From the NCBI GenBank assembly GCA_035695985.1, contig DASRRB010000037.1:1-46647 (forward strand): a stretch of 46,647 bases of DNA, read 5' to 3'. Under the pieces are notes generated by a model. That model worked only from the letters and a program-made list of their open reading frames with translations. It made no database searches and had not been told where the DNA came from. The position numbers were made by a program, and so were the translations under genes. This DNA comes from Planctomycetota bacterium (lineage in GTDB: Bacteria; Planctomycetota; B15-G4; SIAN01). Shown in pieces: positions 14,353-25,426 of the stretch. Positions within the stretch are counted from its first letter, which is position 1. Each line of letters begins with the position of its first letter.

Positions 14353-17256
14353 ATGTCGTTCCGCCTCCGCGCCGGCGTCGCGTCCGCGCTCGCCGCGCTC
14401 CTGCCGCAGCCCTTCGCCGTCCTGCTCGCGCTGCAGGCGCCGCCCGCCGCCCCGACGCAGGCCGCGCCGCAAGCCGCGCCCGTCGCGACGCGCAAGTGGG
14501 AGCACGAGAGCTCCGACCTCAAGGTGAACGCGCGCATCCACTTCGGCGCGCTGCCGAACGGTCTGCGCTACGCCTGGATGGACAACGCCGAGCCCAAGCA
14601 CCGCGTCTTCCTCCGCATGCACGTGAACGCCGGCAGCCTCGGCGAGGAGGAGTCGGAGCGCGGGATGGCGCACTTCCTCGAGCACATGGCCTTCAACGGC
14701 AGCAAGCTCTTCCCCTCCGGCCAGCTGATCGAGTGGCTGCAGCAGAAGGGCCTCGCGTTCGGCGCCGACACCAACGCGATGACCGACTTCTCGGAGACGA
14801 TCTACCAGCTCGACCTGCCGACGTCGGACGAGGCGATGGTCGCCGACGGCCTCTCCGTCATGCGCGACGTCGGCGACGGACTCCTGCTCGCCGACGCCGA
14901 GGTGAACAAGGAGCGCGGCGTCATCGACGGCGAGGAGCGCGAGCGCGACTCGGCCCGCTGGCGCGTCTTCGTGAAGACGATCGACGCGGTGTTCGGCGGC
15001 TCGCGCCTGCCCGTCCGCATCCCGATCGGCGTGAAGAGCGCGCGCGACGCCTTCGACGGCAAGTCGATCCGCGCCTTCTACGAGCGCTTCTACCGGCCGG
15101 AGAACTGCACGGTGGTCCTGGTCGGCGACTTCGCCGGACGCGACCCGACCGCGCAGGTCGCGAAGGCCTTCGGCGACTGGAAGGCGCCGGCGGTGCGCGC
15201 CGGAGTCGAGCCGCCGCGCGGCACGGCGAAGCTCGAGAAGAAGCTCTACTGCATCCACGACGCCGAGCTCCCCGACGTGCAGATCTCCGTGCAGATGCTG
15301 AAGCCCTGGGTCGAGCACGCCGACGACAAGGCGTGGCGCCTGCACGATCTCGCGCTGCAGTACGCGCGCGCGATGCTCAACCTGCGCCTCTCCGAGCTGG
15401 TGAAGAAGGGCGACGCGCCCTTCGTGCGGGCGGAAGAGGGGGAGGGCGGCGGGATCGACGTCCTCGACGGCGAGGAGCTGAACGTCGTCGCCACGCCGGC
15501 CAAGTGGAAGGAGGCGCTCGCGGCGGTGCAGGCCGAGCTGCGCTCGGCGCTCGTGAACGGCTTCGCGGCGTCCGAGCTCGACGAGGTGCGCAAGAACGAG
15601 CTGCGCAACCTCGACGAGGCGGTGAAGAGCGAGAAGACGCGCTCGAGCGAGGAGTACGTCGGCGAGCTGCTCGCGGCGGCCGAGTCGCGCGTCGTCCCGA
15701 CCGACGCCGCCACCGACCGCGACCTGCTGCTGAAGCCGATCGAACAGCTCACCGTCGAGGAGTGCGTGAACAAGCTGCGTGTGGCGTGGACGACGGGCAA
15801 GCTCGTGATCGGGGCGACCGGCGGGCTCGACCTCGGGCCCGGCGGGGAGAAGCAGCTCGAGGACGCCTGGAAGGCGGGCAACGAGAAGGAGGTCGCGGCG
15901 CGCGCCGAGGAGAAGGCGGCTGCGTGGGGCTACGCCTCCGATCCGGCCAAGGCCGGCAAGGTCGCCGCGCGCGACCACCAGGCCGACTTCGACTTCGACA
16001 CGGTCACGTTCGAGAACGGCGTGCGCCTGTTCGTGAAGAAGACCGACTTCGCGCAGCGCGAGATCGGGCTGCGCGTGCTCGCCGGCGAGGGGCGCCTCTC
16101 CCTCGAGAACGAGAAGCAGGCGCTCTATTTCCTCGTGCAGAGCGTCTTCGACGAATGCGGCCTCGGCAAGCACTCGAGCGACGACCTGCGCCGGCTGACG
16201 GCGGGGAAGGCGGTCGGCGCGCAGTTCGGCATCGGCGAGGACGCCTTCATGCTCGGCGGCGCGACGACCGTCGAGGACCTCACGCTCGAGTGCGAGCTCC
16301 TCGCCGCCTACGTCACCGACCCGGGCTACCGCGAGGACGGCGTCGCGCAGTTCCGCCGCGAGCTCCCGCAGTTCTACGAGTCGATCAAGCACCAGCCGGG
16401 CGGGGCGATCGGGACGCAGGTCCTCCCGGCCCTCTACGGCGGCGACCCGCGCGTCGGCCTGCCCAAGCTCGAGGCGGTCGAGGCGGCGACCCTCGAGCAG
16501 GCGAAGGCGTGGATCACCGCGGCGTTCGACGGCGCGCCGATCGACGTCGTCGCGGTGGGCGACCTCGACGTCGACAAGACGATCGCGAGCGTGGCGCAGA
16601 CGTTCGGCACGCTGCCCAAGCGGCGCGCTCCGCTCGACCACGCCGACCGCCGCGCCTTCCCCGCGATGAAGAGCGGGATGAAGGAGAGCTACGAGATCGA
16701 CACGCAGATCCAGAAGTCGGCGGTGCTCGTCTACTTCCCGACCGGCGACGGGCGCGACACGGCGACGCGCCGCAACCTGCGCTTCCTCGCCGACGTCGTC
16801 TCCGACCGGCTGCGCGTCGAGATCCGCGAGAAGCTCGGCGACAGCTACAGCCCGTCCGCGCGCGTCGACGCGAGCCTCGTCTATCCAGGCTACGGGCGCC
16901 TCTCGATCACCGCGATGGCCGAGCCCGCCAAGGCGCAGGAGGTGGCCGACGCCTGCCTCGCCGTGACCGAGAAGCTCGCCAAGGACGGCGTCACCGACGA
17001 GGAGGTCGACCGGCTGCGCGGCGAGACGCTGAACCATCTTCGCGACCAGCTGCGCGTGAACGGCGTCTGGATCGAGCTGCTCGGCGGCTTCCACGGCGGC
17101 CGGGCGGTCGTCGACGACCTGAAGTCGATGGTGCCGCACCACGAGAAGCTCAAGGCCGCCGACCTCACGCCGCTCGCGAAGAAGTATCTCGGGAGCGACA
17201 AGGCGTCGGTCGCCATCGTGAAGCCGGCCGCGCCGCCGGCGCCTCCCGCGAAGTAA
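14353..17256 (+). CDS. M16 (pitrilysin/insulinase) family zinc peptidase, double-module, secreted
   Basis: ATG 14353 gives a signal-like N-terminus. The inverted zinc motif HFLEH is followed by MAFNGS. At 967 aa it is consistent with two fused M16 halves. Confidence 0.9.
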   Translation: MSFRLRAGVASALAALLPQPFAVLLALQAPPAAPTQAAPQAAPVATRKWEHESSDLKVNARIHFGALPNGLRYAWMDNAEPKHRVFLRMHVNAGSLGEEESERGMAHFLEHMAFNGSKLFPSGQLIEWLQQKGLAFGADTNAMTDFSETIYQLDLPTSDEAMVADGLSVMRDVGDGLLLADAEVNKERGVIDGEERERDSARWRVFVKTIDAVFGGSRLPVRIPIGVKSARDAFDGKSIRAFYERFYRPENCTVVLVGDFAGRDPTAQVAKAFGDWKAPAVRAGVEPPRGTAKLEKKLYCIHDAELPDVQISVQMLKPWVEHADDKAWRLHDLALQYARAMLNLRLSELVKKGDAPFVRAEEGEGGGIDVLDGEELNVVATPAKWKEALAAVQAELRSALVNGFAASELDEVRKNELRNLDEAVKSEKTRSSEEYVGELLAAAESRVVPTDAATDRDLLLKPIEQLTVEECVNKLRVAWTTGKLVIGATGGLDLGPGGEKQLEDAWKAGNEKEVAARAEEKAAAWGYASDPAKAGKVAARDHQADFDFDTVTFENGVRLFVKKTDFAQREIGLRVLAGEGRLSLENEKQALYFLVQSVFDECGLGKHSSDDLRRLTAGKAVGAQFGIGEDAFMLGGATTVEDLTLECELLAAYVTDPGYREDGVAQFRRELPQFYESIKHQPGGAIGTQVLPALYGGDPRVGLPKLEAVEAATLEQAKAWITAAFDGAPIDVVAVGDLDVDKTIASVAQTFGTLPKRRAPLDHADRRAFPAMKSGMKESYEIDTQIQKSAVLVYFPTGDGRDTATRRNLRFLADVVSDRLRVEIREKLGDSYSPSARVDASLVYPGYGRLSITAMAEPAKAQEVADACLAVTEKLAKDGVTDEEVDRLRGETLNHLRDQLRVNGVWIELLGGFHGGRAVVDDLKSMVPHHEKLKAADLTPLAKKYLGSDKASVAIVKPAAPPAPPAK

Positions 17257-17314
17257 GCGCAGGCCGAGTCGCCGCGTCTCGGGGGCGCGCCGCCTCCGGG
17301 GAGAAACTTCCGTT

Positions 17315-17356
17315 GCCGCGGGGTGAGAGCCTCTTGCGGCCCGCGGCGGTCGTTTT
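17315..17356 (+). terminator. Hairpin plus T-tract downstream of the M16 gene (terminator candidate)
   Basis: GCCGCGGG (17315-17322) pairs with CCCGCGGC (17340-17347) across a 17-nt loop. A TTTT run at 17353-17356 follows a 5-nt spacer. Confidence 0.35.
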
Positions 17357-17517
17357 CAGAATGCTCCGCCCTTTCCTCGGCCGACCCCGAGGGGATGGAA
17401 CACCTCGTCGAAGCCCGGCCGCGTCGTTGGTGCCGGGCGGGTTCCTGAGACCCCCGGGCTCCCCACGTCGACCTCCCACGAAATCCGGCGCACGGATAAC
17501 CAGAGGAAGAAACGGAA

Positions 17518-19782
<2,265 letters not shown>

Positions 19783-20083
19783 GGACCCGCGCAGGAATCC
19801 ACGGTCTGGGCGCGGTCGCCGCATCTGCGGCGGCCGCGCCCACTTCATTTCTTTCACTCCCGGGGCGCCGCCCGAGATTTCATGATCCGTCGGGCGCCCA
19901 GGACCGTCCGAGGAAAAGGGGGGCGGCCGACCCGGCGCGCGATTGCGAGCGAGGTGGTAACGTCCCTCGCCTCGGGCTGCTTCCGCCAGGGAGAGGCCGT
20001 CTCGGTTTGTTCGGTTCCGAAGTTGTTTCCGGTCGACCGCACTCGCGCGACCCGCGCCTGCGGCCGGAATGGGAGGAACCACC

Positions 20084-20503
20084 GTGCACGAGCTGATCCA
20101 GCAGTGGTTGTCTGAAAACGGCGTGGCGTGGAAGAAGAAGCTCGCGGCCCGTACCGGCTGCTGCGACTCGCGCGCGGAAGAGCTCCTCCCTCCGACGGTC
20201 GAGACGCTCTTCGCGGTGCTGCAGCGCGGCCGCCTCGACCTCGCCGCCTTCGTCCGCGGCGCCGACCCGGCGAGCCTCGTCGCGAAGGCCGACGTGCGCA
20301 GCCTCGCGATCCGCCACGGGCTCGACGTCGTGAGCGCGCATGCGACGCTCGCCGCCATCGCCCCCGGCGTCCTCGAGGTCGCACGCAAGACCGTCCGCAC
20401 CGACGACGGCGTCGAGCGCATGCTCCAGAACGGCGCGAGCGCGAACGAGATCGGCGCGATCGGCGACTTGGCGAACCGCCTCTTCCGGCAGCACGCGTCG
20501 TGA
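20084..20503 (+). CDS. Hypothetical protein (139 aa), mostly helical-looking, no recognised motif
   Basis: GC3 is high in this frame. GTG 20084 is preceded by GGGAGG at good spacing. The in-frame ATG 20069 overlaps that SD and is less likely. Confidence 0.55.
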   Translation: MHELIQQWLSENGVAWKKKLAARTGCCDSRAEELLPPTVETLFAVLQRGRLDLAAFVRGADPASLVAKADVRSLAIRHGLDVVSAHATLAAIAPGVLEVARKTVRTDDGVERMLQNGASANEIGAIGDLANRLFRQHAS

Positions 20504-20733
20504 TCGTCCGGCGCCGCCACCTCCTCCCGCCGCGTACCGGTGCCTGCGACGCCGCCCGGCGCGCCCGGAAGCCTCGCTTCCTCGCCCACCCGGCGCTGCA
20601 CGTCGTCCACCTCCGTCGCGAGCGCCCCACCCGGCGCTCCTGACCCGCCGTCCCGGCGACGCGCAGTAGACTCCGAGCCTTCCGCCGCCGTCGCGCCGAG
20701 CGCGCGCGGCGGCAAGGCCGCGGGAGGGGGAGC

Positions 20734-22263
20734 TTGGCCGGGTCTTCGGAGGAGGGGGCGCCCGTCCCGCGGCCGTCGAACTGGCTGTCGGCGAAGCTGT
20801 GGATGCCGCTCACGCTCGTCGCGATCACGGGGCTGCTGTTCCGGCGCGTCCCGTTCAACAACGAGAACATCTACCTCCTCGCGATCCGCCACTTCTGGCA
20901 GCCCGATCCGGCGAACTGGACCTATGCGGTCCGCTGGACCGAGCACCTCCTCTTCAACGCGACGCTCGGGGCGCTGGCGCAGGTCGTCCCGCTGACGGCG
21001 CTCGCGTGGGGCGGGCGGATCGTCTCGTGGGCGCTCGTCCTCGCCGGCCTGTTCCGGATCGGGCGGCGCCTCGACGTCGCGCCACCGCTGATCGCGCTCT
21101 CGATCCTGCTCTGGATCGGGATCGGGCAGCAGCTCGTCGGCTTCGAGTGGATCTTCCAGAGCTTCGAGGCGAAGGTGCCGGCCTACGCCTGCCTCTTCTT
21201 CGCCCTCGACGCCTTCCTGGGCGGGCGCATGAAGACGGCCGGCGTGCTGCTCGGGACCTGCTTCTCGCTCCACCCGGGGGTCGGCTTCGCGGCGTTCTGG
21301 TGCTTCGGGACCACGCTGATCGCGATGCGGCCGCCGGCGCGCGTCTGGCGCGCCGTGCTCGTGCCGGCGGCGCTGTGCGGTCTCCCCGGAATCATCCCGG
21401 CGCTGCTCGTGAGCCACGCCTCGACCGGGGCCGACCCGCTCGCGTGGCGCTTCGTCACGTTCCAGGCGCTGCCGCGCCACTTCAACGTCCTCGACTTCCC
21501 GCAGCAGAACCTCGCCGCGCTGCTGCTCCTGCTCCTCTTCGTCTGGCGCGCGGCGCGCGCCGAGCCCGGACACGCCGGCCTGAGCGTGGTGTTCTCCCTG
21601 CTCGCCGGCCTGAGCGTCCTCTTCACGCTCGGGATCGCCGCCTTCAAGCTGCAGTACTTCGCGGGGCTCCAGGTCTTCCCGTTCCGCGTCTTCCCGCTGC
21701 TGCTGCCGCTCTTCGGCCTCTTCGTCGCCGCGCGCCAGCTCACCGTCGCGCGCCGCAGGCCGGGCGAGTTCGCGACGCCGGCGCTCGCGCTCCTCGCGGT
21801 GATCAGCCTCGGGAGCCCGCTCCCGATCCTGCGCGAGGAGCTCGCGCTCAGCGTCGGGAGCTGGAGCGCGACGGACGACCTCGACTCGGCGATGCGCTGG
21901 ACGCGCGACCACGCGCCCGCCGACGCCGTCGTCGCGCTGCCGCCCGATCGCAAGGACGGCGACTGGGTGACCGGGCGCGCGACGGTCGTGAGCTGGTGGG
22001 CGGTCCCCTACGACCGGCTCGCCGAGTGGATCGCGCGGCTCGAGGACCTGCTCGGCCCGATCGACCGCACCAGCACGCGCGTCCCCGCGCGCGGCGAGCT
22101 GCTCGAGCGATTCAACGGCCGCCCGCAGGCGGAGCTCGAGCCGGCGCTGCGCCGCCAGCGCGCGACGCTCCTGATCTCGGCCGGCCGCTACACCTTCCCG
22201 GTCCTGCACGAGATCGGGAGCTGGCGCGTCTACGACCTGGGCGCGCTCCGCAAGGACAAGTGA
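20734..22263 (+). CDS. Polytopic membrane protein with C-terminal soluble domain (possible GT-C-like glycosyltransferase; function unknown)
   Basis: TTG 20734 is preceded by GGGAGGGGGAGC; the alternative start is ATG 20803. About 10 hydrophobic segments are followed by a ~150-aa hydrophilic tail. GC3 is high. Confidence 0.7.
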   Translation: MAGSSEEGAPVPRPSNWLSAKLWMPLTLVAITGLLFRRVPFNNENIYLLAIRHFWQPDPANWTYAVRWTEHLLFNATLGALAQVVPLTALAWGGRIVSWALVLAGLFRIGRRLDVAPPLIALSILLWIGIGQQLVGFEWIFQSFEAKVPAYACLFFALDAFLGGRMKTAGVLLGTCFSLHPGVGFAAFWCFGTTLIAMRPPARVWRAVLVPAALCGLPGIIPALLVSHASTGADPLAWRFVTFQALPRHFNVLDFPQQNLAALLLLLLFVWRAARAEPGHAGLSVVFSLLAGLSVLFTLGIAAFKLQYFAGLQVFPFRVFPLLLPLFGLFVAARQLTVARRRPGEFATPALALLAVISLGSPLPILREELALSVGSWSATDDLDSAMRWTRDHAPADAVVALPPDRKDGDWVTGRATVVSWWAVPYDRLAEWIARLEDLLGPIDRTSTRVPARGELLERFNGRPQAELEPALRRQRATLLISAGRYTFPVLHEIGSWRVYDLGALRKDK

Positions 22264-22278
22264 GGCGAAGCCGCCGGC

Positions 22279-23088
22279 TCACTCGCCGTCGGGGATCAGC
22301 TCGTCGCGGTGGTTCGTCCACCAGGCGCGCCACGCGTCCTCGTCGCGCCCGAACTTCATCCCGGTGATCATGCGCAGCGCCGCGAACGCGGCGATCCGCA
22401 CGCCGCGGTCTTCGCAGCCCTGCAGCAGCTTCATCAGCGGGTCGACGCCGTGGATGTCCTTCAGGAACCCGAGCTGCTCCGCCGCCGCGTGCAGGACGAG
22501 CAGCGACGAATCGCCGTCGAGGCGACCGACGCAGACGTCCAGGGCGTCGGAGCCCTTCATCGCGACGTAGGCGGCGAGCGCGGCCGCGCGCACCCGCTCG
22601 TTCTCGTCGCGGACGCGCGACTTCACGCTCCCGGAGAGGGAGGGGATCGGCGCGTGGGCGAGGACGGCGAGCGCGCGCCTCCGCGCGTCGGCCTCCGTCG
22701 CCGAGAGCGCCTGCGCGAGGAGCGGCGCCGCCTCCTTGCCGCGCTGCCCGAGCCACTCCTGGCAGCGGTCGCGCACGCCTTCGTCGGCGTACGAGAGCCC
22801 GTCGACGAGGGCGCTGCCGGGGATCTCGGTGACGGGGCGCGCCGCCGCGGCGACGCGCACGACCTTCGGTCCGAAGACCACCTTCACGAACTTGCCGTCG
22901 TCGCCGAGGACGATCGACCCCTCCTTGGCGTCGGGGTCGATCGTCCAGCCGGCGAGCGGACGGCCATCGACACGCAGCTCGACGTGCTCGCTCGTCGGCA
23001 CCGGTGGAGGCGCCTGGTCGTCCGCGCGGCCGCACGGGGCGGCCAGCGCGACGACCAGGGCGATGCGAACGGCGAGCAGCGCGCTCAT
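22279..23088 (-). CDS. Secreted HEAT-repeat protein
   Basis: ATG 23088 overlaps the stop of the upstream gene (ATGA). Signal-like N-terminus MSALLAVRIALVVALAAPCG. HEAT/PBS-lyase-like repeats: DARRRALAVLA, ERVRAAALAAY, RGVRIAAFAAL. C-terminal AWRAWW motif. Confidence 0.75.
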   Translation of the reverse strand: MSALLAVRIALVVALAAPCGRADDQAPPPVPTSEHVELRVDGRPLAGWTIDPDAKEGSIVLGDDGKFVKVVFGPKVVRVAAAARPVTEIPGSALVDGLSYADEGVRDRCQEWLGQRGKEAAPLLAQALSATEADARRRALAVLAHAPIPSLSGSVKSRVRDENERVRAAALAAYVAMKGSDALDVCVGRLDGDSSLLVLHAAAEQLGFLKDIHGVDPLMKLLQGCEDRGVRIAAFAALRMITGMKFGRDEDAWRAWWTNHRDELIPDGE

Positions 23089-24239
23089 CGCTGCGTCCAG
23101 GAGATGAGCTCGACGCCCACCGAGAGCTGCTTCTCGACCGTCGCGACCGCCTCGGAGCTGTACGCGATGTCGATCCCGCCGCTGATCTCGATGTCCTCGC
23201 CGTTGACGTTGCCCGGCGTGAAGATCGCGCCGCGCACGACCTTGTTGCCGCCGCCGCGGAACGTCACCGAGCCGGTGACGAAGATCAGGCCGGCGAAGTC
23301 GAAGTTGCCGGTCACCTCGAGGTTGCCGTCGACCACGAGCACGCCGCACCCCTTCGACGAGCCGGAGAGGTGGAGGTTGCCCTTGGCGTGCGCGATCTGC
23401 GCGACCAGCTTCGAGCGATCGCCGATCTTGGCGTTGCTCTCCTTCGCGTCCGCGTCGCTCCAGATCTGCGTCGCGAGCGAGCCGAGCGACTTGGAGTAGT
23501 CCATGATGTCTTCGGTCGACACGGTCTGGATGCTCGGCGGCCCGCCGCTGCCGACGACGTCGGCCTGCTGCTTGGCAGTGAGCTGCTTCGCGATCAGGGC
23601 CGGGTCGCCCGGCGTCCCGATGCCCGGCACGTCGGGGTTGGGGCCCTTCGAGCCGTCGAGGTTGGTGTCCTTGCCGCTGAGCTTGAAGGCGGTGCCGTTG
23701 AACGTGAAGGTCGCGAGCGGGTCGTCGCAGTAGAACGCGCTGTTCACCGCGAGGTCGAGCTTGGTCTTCTTCACGACCGAGCCCGCGTCCCTCGTCTGCG
23801 AGAGCGCCGCGGTGTCCATCTCGTGGCCCTGGCGGTCGTAGGCGACGTTCACGCGCCCTTCGGACGCGACGCTGATGTAGTCGGCCTCGGCGAGATCGTC
23901 GACCTTGCCGTTCCCGTCGTTGTCGACGCCGTCGTTCGACCAGGCGGTGACGACGACGTGGGCGAGGCTGGCGCCGACGGTGAGGTCGTACGTGCCCGAC
24001 CAGTTCGGGTCGAGCGCGAGTTTTGCCATGGCGTCCTGTGCGCCCGACGCGGCCGCGTCGCGGGCGGCGGCCACGATGGCCGACGCCTCGACCTGGTCGC
24101 GCTGGCGCACCGTCACCATGAGGAGCGTGCCGGCGACGCCGATCAGCGGGATCGCTGCGGTGATCGCCATGAGGGCGGCGGAGCCGCGCCGCGAGCGGGT
24201 CTTCTTCTGGAGATTCATGTTCACCTCGGCCTTCGTCAT
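23085..24239 (-). CDS. PilX/GspK-like minor (pseudo)pilin-type assembly protein
   Basis: The N-terminus RRGSAALMAITAAIPLIGVAGTLLMV is a pseudopilin-like helix lacking Glu5, as in GspK/PilX. It has a DNDGNGKVDD Ca-loop-like motif. The C-terminal GVLVVDGNLEVTGNFDFAGLIFVTGSVTFRGGGNKVVRGAIF block is typical of PilX-N-domain proteins. The start overlaps the upstream stop (ATGA). Confidence 0.75.
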   Translation of the reverse strand: MTKAEVNMNLQKKTRSRRGSAALMAITAAIPLIGVAGTLLMVTVRQRDQVEASAIVAAARDAAASGAQDAMAKLALDPNWSGTYDLTVGASLAHVVVTAWSNDGVDNDGNGKVDDLAEADYISVASEGRVNVAYDRQGHEMDTAALSQTRDAGSVVKKTKLDLAVNSAFYCDDPLATFTFNGTAFKLSGKDTNLDGSKGPNPDVPGIGTPGDPALIAKQLTAKQQADVVGSGGPPSIQTVSTEDIMDYSKSLGSLATQIWSDADAKESNAKIGDRSKLVAQIAHAKGNLHLSGSSKGCGVLVVDGNLEVTGNFDFAGLIFVTGSVTFRGGGNKVVRGAIFTPGNVNGEDIEISGGIDIAYSSEAVATVEKQLSVGVELISWTQR

Positions 24240-24784
24240 TGCACGAGCAGGCGGAACGCGGCGGCGAGCGCCGCCGCGGGGTGGGATTTGGTGGCTGGAC
24301 TGTTCAGGGTGACGACGATCTGGTCCCCTTGCTTCGTGAAGGTCGCCGTGGCGCCCTCGGGGATCAGGACCGCCGCCATCGCGCCGTTGTCGAAGAGCAG
24401 CGCGCTCACGTTGTGGTCGACGCCGCAGTAGAAGCGCAGCGGCGGCAAGCCGAGCGCCGGCGCGTAGAGCGGCGCGCCGACCGACACCCCCGCGACGCGG
24501 CGGAACTGGACGTTGTCGTAGACGACGCCGTCCTGCATCAGCTCCGGGACGAACTTGCCGATCGGGATCGCCTGCAGCGTCGAGCGGCTCGCGGCGACGA
24601 ACTGCCCGCGGATGCGGTCGAGCGCCGCGTCGAGCCGCGCCGCGACGACGTCGGCCATGACCGTGCGGTCGGCCGACATGAGCGCGTTGCGCGAGACGCT
24701 GACGCCGATCGCGAGGATCGCCGAGAGGAAGACCGCCGAGATGCAGACCTCGACGACCGTGAAGCCGGCCTGGCGCGCCTTCAT
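24236..24784 (-). CDS. Prepilin-type N-terminal cleavage/methylation domain protein (minor pseudopilin)
   Basis: MKARQAGFTVVEVCISAVFLSAILAIGV matches the G/FTxxE prepilin peptidase site plus a hydrophobic helix. The start overlaps the upstream stop (ATGA at 24781-24784). Confidence 0.8.
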   Translation of the reverse strand: MKARQAGFTVVEVCISAVFLSAILAIGVSVSRNALMSADRTVMADVVAARLDAALDRIRGQFVAASRSTLQAIPIGKFVPELMQDGVVYDNVQFRRVAGVSVGAPLYAPALGLPPLRFYCGVDHNVSALLFDNGAMAAVLIPEGATATFTKQGDQIVVTLNSPATKSHPAAALAAAFRLLVQ

Positions 24785-25233
24785 GACGCGGCTCCCAGGC
24801 TGGAGAGGCGGATCGTGCGCTCGTAGTGCTGCGGGCCGTGGCGGCCCTGCCAGTCGATGACGACGCGGATCTCGAGCAGGTGGGCGGGGTCGCCCGTCGG
24901 CGAAGTGATCCGGATCGTGCCCGGGAGCCCGTCGGCGTCGCCCTTGATCGAGTGGAGCGCCGCGTTCGCCATGCCCGGCAGCGTCACGGAGAAGCCGCGC
25001 CCGTCGTGGGTCGCGGTGATCGTCGTGAAGTTCGTCGCGGCGACGGCGGCGAGCTCGCGCTCGACGGCGTGGATCGCGGCGGCCTTCTCCAGCCCCGTGC
25101 TGTGGAGCTGGTTGGTCGTGACGGAGACCTGCGCGAGGCCGAGGACGGCCGTCACGAGGATGACCGTCGCGACGAGGACCTCGATCAGCGTGAAGCCGCC
25201 GATCCCCTGCTTCGACCCCGGTTGTTTCATCAT
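24781..25233 (-). CDS. Prepilin-type N-terminal cleavage/methylation domain protein (pseudopilin, 150 aa)
   Basis: MMKQPGSKQGIGGFTLIEVLVATVILVTAVLGL is a canonical class III signal (GFTLIE). It is the first gene of the minus-strand pseudopilin string. Confidence 0.85.
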   Translation of the reverse strand: MMKQPGSKQGIGGFTLIEVLVATVILVTAVLGLAQVSVTTNQLHSTGLEKAAAIHAVERELAAVAATNFTTITATHDGRGFSVTLPGMANAALHSIKGDADGLPGTIRITSPTGDPAHLLEIRVVIDWQGRHGPQHYERTIRLSSLGAAS

Positions 25234-25426
25234 GGTGTGTGCGGGGTGTCGTGTTTCCGCTGGCAGTGCGGCGTTTCACCCTGCGAAACCTACTTCGTCT
25301 TGAGGGGGTCGGGGTCGGAGCGGGAAACCGGAGGTGGCGGGCGGCGGCGCTTCCGCTCCGCCGTTCTCCGGGCGCCGCGGGGGGCCGACGCGACGAAGTT
25401 TCCCGTCCGTGTTTCGGCGTGCAGCT

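Noticed and set aside
20540-20995. ORF 20540..20995 (+) filling the gap before the 509-aa membrane protein gene.
   Set aside because: The translation is low-complexity Pro/Ser/Ala/Arg. It runs out of frame into the well-supported membrane protein gene and has no SD.
25261-25277. Sigma54-like TGGCAG-N5-CGTTTC element in the gap upstream of the pseudopilin operon.
   Set aside because: It lies on the plus strand and so points away from the minus-strand operon. The -12 element does not match TTGC.
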